From the NCBI GenBank assembly GCA_964016885.1, contig OZ024742.1, positions 225,990,001 through 226,054,000 on the forward strand: a DNA stretch of 64,000 nucleotides. Reading direction: 5' to 3'. A program made the translations under genes and the position numbers. The notes below the pieces were generated by a model. It saw only the letters and a list, made by a program, of their open reading frames with translations, was not told the origin of the DNA and did no database searches. Below are positions 49,901 through 61,900 of this stretch, piece after piece. Each line of letters starts with the position of its first letter. The first letter of the stretch is position 1. Source of the stretch: Eledone cirrhosa (lineage: Eukaryota).

Positions 49901-52900
49901 ACTTTATAGTGTGGACTGGGTGCTTTTTGTCGTGACACCTACACAACCATTTTACAGTGTGGACTGGGTGCTTTTTGTCGTGACACCTACACGACCACTT
50001 TACAGTGTGGACTGGGTGATTTTGTCGTGACACCTACATGACCACTTTACAGTGTGGACTGGGTACTTTTTGTCGTGACACCCACACAAACACTTTACAG
50101 TGTGGACTGGGTGCTTTTTGTCATGACACATACATGACCACTTTACAGTGTGGACTGGGGCTTTTTCTCATGACACATACATGACCACTTTACAGTGTGG
50201 GCTGGGTGCTTTTTGTCATGACGCATACATGATCACTATACAGTGTGGACTGGGTGCTTTTTGTCGTGACATCTACATGACCACTTTACAGTGTGGACTG
50301 GGTGCTTTTTCTCGTGACACCTACATGAACACTTTACAGTGTGGACTGGGTGCTTTTTGTCATGACACATACATGACCACTTTACAGTGTGGACTGGGGC
50401 TTTTTCTCATGACACATACATGACCACATTACAGTATGGACCGGGTGCTTTTTGTCGTGACACATATATGACCACTATACAGTGTGGACTGAGTGCTTTT
50501 TGTCGTGACACCTACATGACCACCTTACAGTGTGGACTGGATGCTTTTTGTCGTGACACCTACATGACCACTTTACAGTGTGTACTGGGTACTTTTTGTC
50601 TTGACACCTACATGACCACTTTACAGTGTGTACTGGGTACTTTTTGTCATGACACCGACATGACCGCTTTACAGTGTGGACTGGGTGCTTTTTGTCATGA
50701 CACCTACACAACCACTTTACAGTGTGGACTGGATGCCTTTTGTCGTGACACATACATGACCACTTTACAGTGTGGACTGGGTGCTTTTTGTCGTGACACC
50801 TACATGACCACTTTACAGTGTGGACTAGGTGCTTTTTGTCATGACACCTACATGAGCACTTTACAGTGTGGACTGGGTCCTTTTTGTCGTGACACCTACA
50901 TGACCACTTTACAGTGTGGACTGGGTACTTTTTGTCGTGACACCTACATGACCACTTTTCAGTGTGGACTGGGTGCTTTTTGTCATGACACCTACATGAC
51001 CACCTTACAGTGTGGACTAGATGCTTTTTGTCGTGACACCTACATGACCACTTTACAGTGTGGACTGGGTGCTTTTTGTCATGACACATACATGACCACT
51101 TTACAGTGTGGACTGGGGCTTTTTCTCATGACACATACATGACCACTTTACAGTGTGGACTGGGTGCTTTTTGTCATGACGCATACATGACCACTATACA
51201 GTGTGGACTGAGTGCTTTTTGTCGTGACACATACATGACCACTTTACAGTATGGACCGGGTGCTTTTTGTCGTGACACATATATGACCACTTTACAGTGT
51301 GGTCTGGGTGGTTTTTGTCGTGACACCTACAAGACCACTTTACAATGTGGACTGGGTGCTTTTTGTCATGACACCTACACAACCACTTTACAGTGTGGAC
51401 TGGGTGCTTTTTGTCGTGACACCTACATGACCACTTTACAGTTTGAACTGAGTGCTTTTTGTCGTGACACCTACATGACCACTTTACAGTGTGGACTGGG
51501 TGCTTTTTGTCGTGACACCTACACGACCACTTTACAGTGTGAACTGGGTGCTTTTTGTCGTGAAACCTACACGACCACTTTACAGTGTGAACTGGGTGCT
51601 TTTTGTCGTGACACTTACACGACCACTTTACAGTGTGGACTGGGTGCTTTTTGTCGTGACACCTATATGACCACTTTACAGTGTGGACTGGGTGCTTTTT
51701 GTTGTGACACATACATGACCACTTTACAGTGTGGACTGGGTACTTTTTGTCGTGACACCTACATGACCACTTTTCAGTGTGGACTGGGTGCTTTTTGTCA
51801 TGACACCTACATGACCACCTTACAGTGTGGACTGGATGCTTTTTGTCGTGACACCTACATGACCACTTTACAGTGTGTACTGGGTACTTTTTGTCTTGAC
51901 ACCTACATGACCACTTTACAGTGTGTACTGGGTACTTTTTGTCATGACACCGACATGACCGCTTTACAGTGTGGACTGGATGCCTTTTGTCGTGACACAT
52001 ACATGACCACTTTACAGTGTGGACTGGGTGCTTTTTGTCGTGACACCTACATTACCACTTTACAGTGTGGACTGGGTGCTTTTTGTCGTGACACCTACAT
52101 TACCACTTTACAGTGTGGACTGGGTGCTTTTTGTTGTGACACCTACATGACCACTTTACAGTGTGGACTGGGTGCTTTTTGGCGTGACACCTACACAACC
52201 ACTTTACAGTGTGGACTGGGTGCTTTTTGTCATGGCACCTACACAACCACTTTACAGTGTGGACTGGGGCTTTTTCTCATGACACATACATGACCACTTT
52301 ACAGTGTGGACTGGGTGCTTTTTGTCATGACGCATACATGACCACTATACAGTGTGGACTGGGTGCTTTTTGTCGTGACATCTACATGACCACTTTACAG
52401 TGTGGACTGGGTGCTTTTTCTCGTGACACCTACATGACCACTTTACAGTGTGGACTGGGTGCTTTTTGTCATGACACATACATGACCACTTTACAGTGTG
52501 GACTGGGGCTTTTTCTCATGACACATACATGACCACTTTACAGTGTGGACTGGGTGCTTTTTGTCATGAGGCATACATGACCACTATACAGTGTGGACTG
52601 AGTGCTTTTTGTCGTGACACATACATGACCACTTTACAGTATGGACCGGGTGCTTTTTGTCGTGACACATATATGACCACTTTACAGTGTGGTCTGGGTG
52701 GTTTTTGTCGTGACACCTACAAGACCACTTTACAATGTGGACTGGGTGCTTTTTGTCATGACACCTACACAACCACTTTACAGTGTGGACTGGGTGCTTT
52801 TTGTCGTGACACCTACATGACCACTTTACAGTTTGAACTGGGTGCTTGTTGTCGTGACACCTACATGACCACTTTACAGTGTGGACTGGGTGCTTTTTGT

Positions 52901-55900
52901 CGTGACACCTACACGACCACTTTACAGTGTGAACTGGGTGCTTTTTGTTGTGAAACCTACACGACCACTTTACAGCGTGAACTGGGTGCTTTTTGTCGTG
53001 ACACTTACACGACCACTTTACAGTGTGGACTGGGTGCTTTTTGTCGTGACACCTACATGACCACTTTACAGTGTGGACTGGGTGCTTTTTGTCGTGACAC
53101 ATACACGACCACTTTACAGTGTGGACTGGGTACTTTTTGTCGTGACACCTACATGACCACTTTTCAGTGTGGACTGGGTGCCTTTTGTCGTGACACATAC
53201 ATGACCACTTTACAGTGTGGACTGGGTGCTTTTTGTCGTGACACCTACATGACCACTTTACAGTGTGGACTGGGTGCTTTTTATCATGACACCTACACAA
53301 CCACTTTACAGTGTGGACTGGGTGCTTTTTGTTGTGACACCTGCATGACCACTTTACAGTGTGGACTGGGTGCTTTTTGGCGTGACACCTACACAACCAC
53401 TTTACAGTGTGGACTGGGTGCTTTTTGTCATGGCACCTACACAACCACTTTACAGTGTGGACTGGGTGCTTTTTGCGTGTCACCTACACAACCACTTTAC
53501 AGTGTTCACTGGGTGCTTTTTGTTGTGACACCTACACAAGGACTTTATAGTGTGGACTGGGTGCTTTTTGTCGTGACACCTACACAACCACTTTACAGTG
53601 TGGACTGGGTGCTTTTTGTCATGACACCGACATGACCGCTTTACAGTGTGGACTCGGTGCTTTTTGTCATGACACCTACACAACCACTTTACAGTGTGGA
53701 CTGGATGCCTTTTATCGTGACACATACATGACCACTTTACAGTGTGGACTGGGTGCTTTTTGTCGTGACACCTACATTACCACTTTACAGTGTGGACTGG
53801 GTGCTTTTTGTTGTGACACCTACATGACCACTTTACAGTGTGGACTGGGTTCTTTTTTTCATGACACCTTCACAACCACTTTACAGTGTGGACTGGGTGC
53901 TTTTTGTCGTGACATCTACACAACCACTTTACAGTGTGGACTGGGTGATTTTCTCGTGACACCTACATGACCACTTCACAGTGTGAACTGGGTGCTTTTT
54001 GTCATGACACCTACATGACCACTTTACAGTGTGGACTGGGTACTTTTTGTCGTGACACCTACACAACCACTTTACAGTGTGGACTGGGTGCTTTTTGTCA
54101 TGACACATACATGACCACTTTACAGTGTGGACTGGGGCTTTTTCTCATGACACATACATGACCACTTTACAGTGTGGGCTGGGTGCTTTTTGTCATGACG
54201 CATACATGACCACCATACAATGTGGACTGGGTGCTTTTTGTCGTGACATCTACATCACCACTTTACAGTGTGGAGTGGGTGCTTTTTCTCGTGACACCTA
54301 CATGAACACTTTACAGTGTGGACTGGGTGCTTTTTGTCATGACACATACATGACCACTTTACAATGTGGACTGGGGCTTTTTCTCATGACACATACATGA
54401 CCACTTTACAGTGTGGACTGGGTGCTTTTTGTCATGACGCATACATGACCACTCTACAGTGTGGACTGAGTGCTTTTTGTCGTGACACATACATGACCAC
54501 TTTACAGTATGGACCGGGTGCTTTTTGTCGTGACACATATATGACCACTTTACAGTGTGGTCTGGGTGGTTTTTGTCGTGACACCTACAAGACCACTTTA
54601 CAATGTGGACTGGGTGCTTTTTGTTATGACACCTACACAACCACTTTACAGTGTGGACTGGGTGCTTTTTGTCGTGACACCTACATGACCACTTTACAGT
54701 TTGAACTGGGTGCTTTTTGTCGTGACACCTACATGACCACTTTACAGTGTGGACTGGGTGCTTTTTGTCGTGACACCTACATGACCACTTTACAGTGTGA
54801 ACTGGGTGCTTTTTGTCGTGAAACCTACACGACTACTTTACAGCGTGAACTGGGTGCTTTTTGTCGTGACACTTACACGACCACTTTACAGTGTGGACTG
54901 GGTGCTTTTTGTCGTGACACCTACATGACCACTTTACAGTGTTGACTGGGTGCTTTTTGTCGTGACACATACACGACCACTTTACAGTGTGGACTGGGTA
55001 CTTTTTGTCGTGACACCTACACGACCACTTTTCAGTGTGGACTGGGTGCCTTTTGTCGTGACACATACATGACCACTTTACAGTGTGGACTGGGTGCTTT
55101 TTGTCGTGACACCTACATTACCACTTTACAGTGTGGACTGGGTGCTTTTTGTTGTGAAACCTACATGACCACTTTACAGTGTGGACTGGGTGCTTTTTGG
55201 CGTGACACCTACACAACCACTTTACAGTGTGGACTGGGTGCTTTTTGTCATGGCACCTACACAACCACTTTACAGTGTGGACTGGGTGCTTTTTGTCGTG
55301 TCACCTACACAACCACTTTACAGTGTTCACTGGGTGCTTTTTGTTGTGACACCTACACAAGGACTTTATAGTGTGGACTGGGTGCTTTTTGTCGTGACAC
55401 CTACACAACCACTTTACAGTGTGGACTGGGTGCTTTTTGTCATGACACCGACATGACCGCTTTACAGTGTGGACTCGGTGCTTTTTGTCATGACACCTAC
55501 ACAACCACTTTACAGTGTGGACTGGATGCCTTTTGTCGTGACACATACATGACCACTTTACAGTGTGGACTGGGTGCTTTTTGTCGTGACACCTACATTA
55601 CCACTTTACAGTGTGGACTGGGTGCTTTTTGTTGTGACACCTACATGACCACTTTACAGTGTGGACTGGGTTCTTTTTTTCATGACACCTTCACAACCAC
55701 TTTACAGTGTGGACTGGGTGCTTTTTGTCGTGACATCTACACAACCACTTTACAGTGTGGACTGGGTGATTTTCTCGTGACACCTACATGACCACTTCAC
55801 AGTGTGAACTGGGTGCTTTTTGTCATGACACCTACATGACCACTTTACAGTGTGGACTGGGTACTTTTTGTCGTGACACCTACACAACCACTTTACAGTG

Positions 55901-58900
55901 TGGACTGGGTGCTTTTTGTCATGACACATACATGACCACTTTACAGTGTGGACTGGGGCTTTTTCTCATGACACATACATGACCACTTTACAGTGTGGGC
56001 TGGGTGCTTTTTGTCATGACGCATACATGACCACCATACAATGTGGACTGGGTGCTTTTTGTCGTGACATCTACATCACCACTTTACAGTGTGGAGTGGG
56101 TGCTTTTTCTCGTGACACCTACATGAACACTTTACAGTGTGGACTGGGTGCTTTTTGTCATGACACATACATGACCACTTTACAGTGTGGACTGGGGCTT
56201 TTTCTCATGACACATACATGACCACTTTACAGTGTGGACTGGGTGCTTTTTGTCATGACGCATACATGACCACTATACAGTGTGGACTGAGTGATTTTTG
56301 TCGTGACACCTACAAGACCACTTTACAATGTGGACTGGGTGCTTTTTGTCATGACACCTACACAACCACTTTACAGTGTGGACTGGGTGCTTTTTGTCGT
56401 GACACCTACATGACCACTTTACAGTTTGAACTGGGTGCTTTTTGTCGTGACACCTACATGACCACTTTACAGTGTGGACTGGGTGCTTTTTGTCGTGACA
56501 CCTACACGACCACTTTACAGTGTGAACTGGGTGCTTTTTGTCGTGAAACCTACACGACTACTTTACAGCGTGAACTGTATGCTTTTTGTCGTGACACTTA
56601 CACGACCACTTTACAGTGTGGACTGGGTGCTTTTTGTCGTGACACCTACATGACCACTTTACAGTGTTGACTGGGTGCTTTTTGTCGTGACACATACACG
56701 ACCACTTTACAGTGTGGACTGGGTACTTTTTGTCGTGACACCTACATGACCACTTTTCAGTGTGGACTGGGTGCTTTTTGTCATGACACCTACATGACCA
56801 CCTTACAGTGTGGACTGGATGCTTTTTGTCGTGACACCTACATGACCACTTTACAGTGTGTACTGGGTACTTTTTGTCTTGACACCTACATGACCACTTT
56901 ACAGTGTGTACTGGGTACTTTTTGTCATGACACCGACATGACCACTTTACAGTGTGGACTGGGTGCTTTTTGTCATGACACCTACACAACCACTTTACAG
57001 TGTGGACTGGATGCCTTTTGTCGTGACACATACATGACCACTTTACAGTGTGGACTGGGTGCTTTTTGTCGTGACACCTACATTACCACTTTACAGTGTG
57101 GACTGGGTGCTTTTTGTTGTGACACCTACATGACCACTTTACAGTGTGGACTGGGTGCTTTTTGGCGTGACACCTACACAACCACTTTACAGTGTGGACT
57201 GGGTGCTTTTTGTCATGGCACCTACACAACCACTTTACAGTGTGAACTGGGTGCTTTTTGTCGTGTCACCTACACAACCACTTTACAGTGTTCACTGGGT
57301 GCTTTTTGTTGTGACACCTACACAAGGACTTTATAGTGTGGACTGGGTGCTTTTTGTCGTGACACCTACACAACCACTTTACAGTGTGGACTGGGTGCTT
57401 TTTGTCATGACACCGACATGACCGCTTTACAGTGTGGACTGGGTGCTTTTTGTCATGACACCTACGCAACCACTTTACAGTGTGGACTGGATGCCTTTTG
57501 TCGTGACACATACATGACCACTTTACAGTGTGGACTGGGTGCTTTTTGTCGTGACACCTACATTACCACTTTACAGTGTGGACTGGGTGCTTTTTGTTGT
57601 GACACCTACATGACCACTTTACAGTGTGGACTGGGTTCTTTTTTTCATGACACCTTCACAACCACTTTACAGTGTGGACTGGGTGCTTTTTGTCGTGACA
57701 CCTACACAACCACTTTACAGTGTGGACTGGGTGATTTTGTCGTCACACCTACATGACCACTTCACAGTGTGAACTGGGTGCTTTTTGTCATGACACCTAC
57801 ATGACCACTTTACAGTGTGGACTGGGTACTTTTTGTCGTGACACCTACACAACCACTTTACAGTGTGGACTGGGTGCTTTTTGTCATGACACATACATGA
57901 CCACTTTACAGTGTGGGCTGGGTGCTTTTTGTCATGACGCATACATGACCACCATACAGTGTGGACTGGGTGCTTTTTGTCGTGACATCTACATGACCAC
58001 TTTACAGTGTGGACTGGGTGCTTTTTCTCGTGACACCTACATGAACACTTTACAGTGTGGACTGGGTGCTTTTTGTCATGACACATACATGACCACTTTA
58101 CAGTGTGGACTGGGGCTTTTTCTCATGACACATACATGACCACTTTACAGTGTGGACTGGGTGCTTTTTGTCATGACGCATACATGACCACTATACAGTG
58201 TGGACTGAGTGCTTTTTGTCGTGACACATACATGACCACTTTACAGTATGGCCCGGGTGCATTTTGTCGTGACACATATATGACCACTATACAGTGTGGA
58301 CTCAGTGCTTTTTGTCGTGACACCTACATGACCACCTTACAGTGTGGACTGGATGCTTTTTGTCGTGACACCTACATGACCACTTTACAGTGTGTACTGG
58401 GTACTTTTTGTCTTGACACCTACATGACCACTTTACAGTGTGTACTGGGTACTTTTTGTCATGACACCGACGTGACCGCTTTACAGTGTGGACTGGGTGC
58501 TTTTTGTCATGACACCTACACAACCACTTTACAGTGTGGACTGGGTGCTTTTTGTCGTGTCACCTACACAACCACTTTACAGTGTTCACTGGGTGCTTTT
58601 TGTTGTGACACCTACACAAGGACTTTATAGTGTGGACTGGGTGCTTTTTGTCGTGACACCTACACAACCACTTTACAGTGTGGACTGGGTGCTTTTTGTC
58701 ATGACACCGACATGACCGCTTTACAGTGTGGACTCGGTGCTTTTTGTCATGACACCTACACAACCACTTTACAGTGTGGACTGGATGCCTTTTGTCGTGA
58801 CACATACATGACCACTTTACAGTGTGGACTGGGTGCTTTTTGTCGTGACACCTACATTACCACTTTACAGTGTGGACTGGGTGCTTTTTGTTGTGACACC

Positions 58901-61900
58901 TACATGACCACTTTACAGTGTGGACTGGGTTCTTTTTTTCATGACACCTTCACAACCACTTTACAGTGTGGACTGGGTGCTTTTTGTCGTGACATCTACA
59001 CAACCACTTTACAGTGTGGACTGGGTGATTTTCTCGTGACACCTACATGACCACTTCACAGTGTGAACTGGGTGCTTTTTGTCATGACACCTACATGACC
59101 ACTTTACAGTGTGGACTGGGTACTTTTTGTCGTGACACCTACACAACCACTTTACAGTGTGGACTGGGTGCTTTTTGTCATGACACATACATGACCACTT
59201 TACAGTGTGGACTGGGGCTTTTTCTCATGACACATACATGACCACTTTACAGTGTGGGCTGGGTGCTTTTTGTCATGACGCATACATGACCACCATACAA
59301 TGTGGACTGGGTGCTTTTTGTCGTGACATCTACATCACCACTTTACAGTGTGGAGTGGGTGCTTTTTCTCGTGACACCTACATGAACACTTTACAGTGTG
59401 GACTGGGTGCTTTTTGTCATGACACATACATGACCACTTTACAGTGTGGACTGGGGCTTTTTCTCATGACACATACATGACCACTTTACAGTGTGGACTG
59501 GGTGCTTTTTGTCATGACGCATACATGACCACTATACAGTGTGGACTGAGTGATTTTTGTCGTGACACCTACAAGACCACTTTACAATGTGGACTGGGTG
59601 CTTTTTGTCATGACACCTACACAACCACTTTACAGTGTGGACTGGGTGCTTTTTGTCGTGACACCTACATGACCACTTTACAGTTTGAACTGGGTGCTTT
59701 TTGTCGTGACACCTACATGACCACTTTACAGTGTGGACTGGGTGCTTTTTGTCGTGACACCTACACGACCACTTTACAGTGTGAACTGGGTGCTTTTTGT
59801 CGTGAAACCTACACAACTACTTTACAGCGTGAACTGGGTGCTTTTTGTCGTGACACTTACACGACCACTTTACAGTGTGGACTGGGTGCTTTTTGTCGTG
59901 ACACCTACATGACCACTTTACAGTGTTGACTGGGTGCTTTTTGTCGTGACACATACACGACCACTTTACAGTGTGGACTGGGTACTTTTTGTCGTGACAC
60001 CTACATGACCACTTTTCAGTGTGGACTGGGTGCTTTTTGTCATGACACCTACATGACCACCTTACAGTGTGGACTGGATGCTTTTTGTCGTGACACCTAC
60101 ATGACCACTTTACAGTGTGTACTGGGTACTTTTTGTCTTGACACCTACATGACCACTTTACAGTGTGTACTGGGTACTTTTTGTCATGACACCGACATGA
60201 CCACTTTACAGTGTGGACTGGGTGCTTTTTGTCATGACACCTACACAACCACTTTACAGTGTGGACTGGATGCCTTTTGTCGTGACACATACATGACCAC
60301 TTTACAGTGTGGACTGGGTGCTTTTTGTCGTGACACCTACATTACCACTTTACAGTGTGGACTGGGTGCTTTTTGTTGTGACACCTACATGACCACTTTA
60401 CAGTGTGGACTGGGTGCTTTTTGGCGTGACACCTACACAACCACTTTACAGTGTGGACTGGGTGCTTTTTGTCATGGCACCTACACAACCACTTTACAGT
60501 GTGAACTGGGTGCTTTTTGTCGTGTCACCTACACAACCACTTTACAGTGTTCACTGGGTGCTTTTTGTTGTGACACCTACACAAGGACTTTATAGTGTGG
60601 ACTGGGTGCTTTTTGTCGTGACACCTACACAACCACTTTACAGTGTGGACTGGGTGCTTTTTGTCATGACACCGACATGACCGCTTTACAGTGTGGACTG
60701 GGTGCTTTTTGTCATGACACCTACGCAACCACTTTACAGTGTGGACTGGATGCCTTTTGTCGTGACACATACATGACCACTTTACAGTGTGGACTGGGTG
60801 CTTTTTGTCGTGACACCTACATTACCACTTTACAGTGTGGACTGGGTGCTTTTTGTTGTGACACCTACATGACCACTTTACAGTGTGGACTGGGTTCTTT
60901 TTTTCATGACACCTTCACAACCACTTTACAGTGTGGACTGGGTACTTTTTGTCGTGACACCTACACAACCACTTTACAGTGTGGACTGGGTGCTTTTTGT
61001 CATGACACATACATGACCACTTTACAGTGTGGGCTGGGTGCTTTTTGTCATGACGCATACATGACCACCATACAGTGTGGACTGGGTGCTTTTTGTCGTG
61101 ACATCTACATGACCACTTTACAGTGTGGACTGGGTGCTTTTTCTCGTGACACCTACATGAACACTTTACAGTGTGGACTGGGTGCTTTTTGTCATGACAC
61201 ATACATGACCACTTTACAGTGTGGACTGGGGCTTTTTCTCATGACACATACATGACCACTTTACAGTGTGGACTGGGTGCTTTTTGTCATGACGCATACA
61301 TGACCACTATACAGTGTGGACTGAGTGCTTTTTGTCGTGACACATACATGACCACTTTACAGTATGGCCCGGGTGCATTTTGTCGTGACACATATATGAC
61401 CACTATACAGTGTGGACTCAGTGCTTTTTGTCGTGACACCTACATGACCACCTTACAGTGTGGACTGGATGCTTTTTGTCGTGACACCTACATGACCACT
61501 TTACAGTGTGTACTGGGTACTTTTTGTCTTGACACCTACATGACCACTTTACAGTGTGTACTGGGTACTTTTTGTCATGACACCGACGTGACCGCTTTAC
61601 AGTGTGGACTGGGTGCTTTTTGTCATGACACCTACACAACCACTTTACAGTGTGGACTGGATGCCTTTTGTCGTGACACATACATGACCACTTTACAGTG
61701 TGGACTGGGTGCTTTTTGTCGTGACACCTACATTACCACTTTACAGTGTGGACTGGGTGCTTTTTGTAGTGACACCTACATGACCACTTTACAGTGTGGA
61801 CTAGGTGCTTTTTGTCATGACACCTACATGAGCACTTTACAGTGTGGACTGGGTCCTTTTTGTCGTGACACCTACATGACCACTTTACAGTGTGGACTGG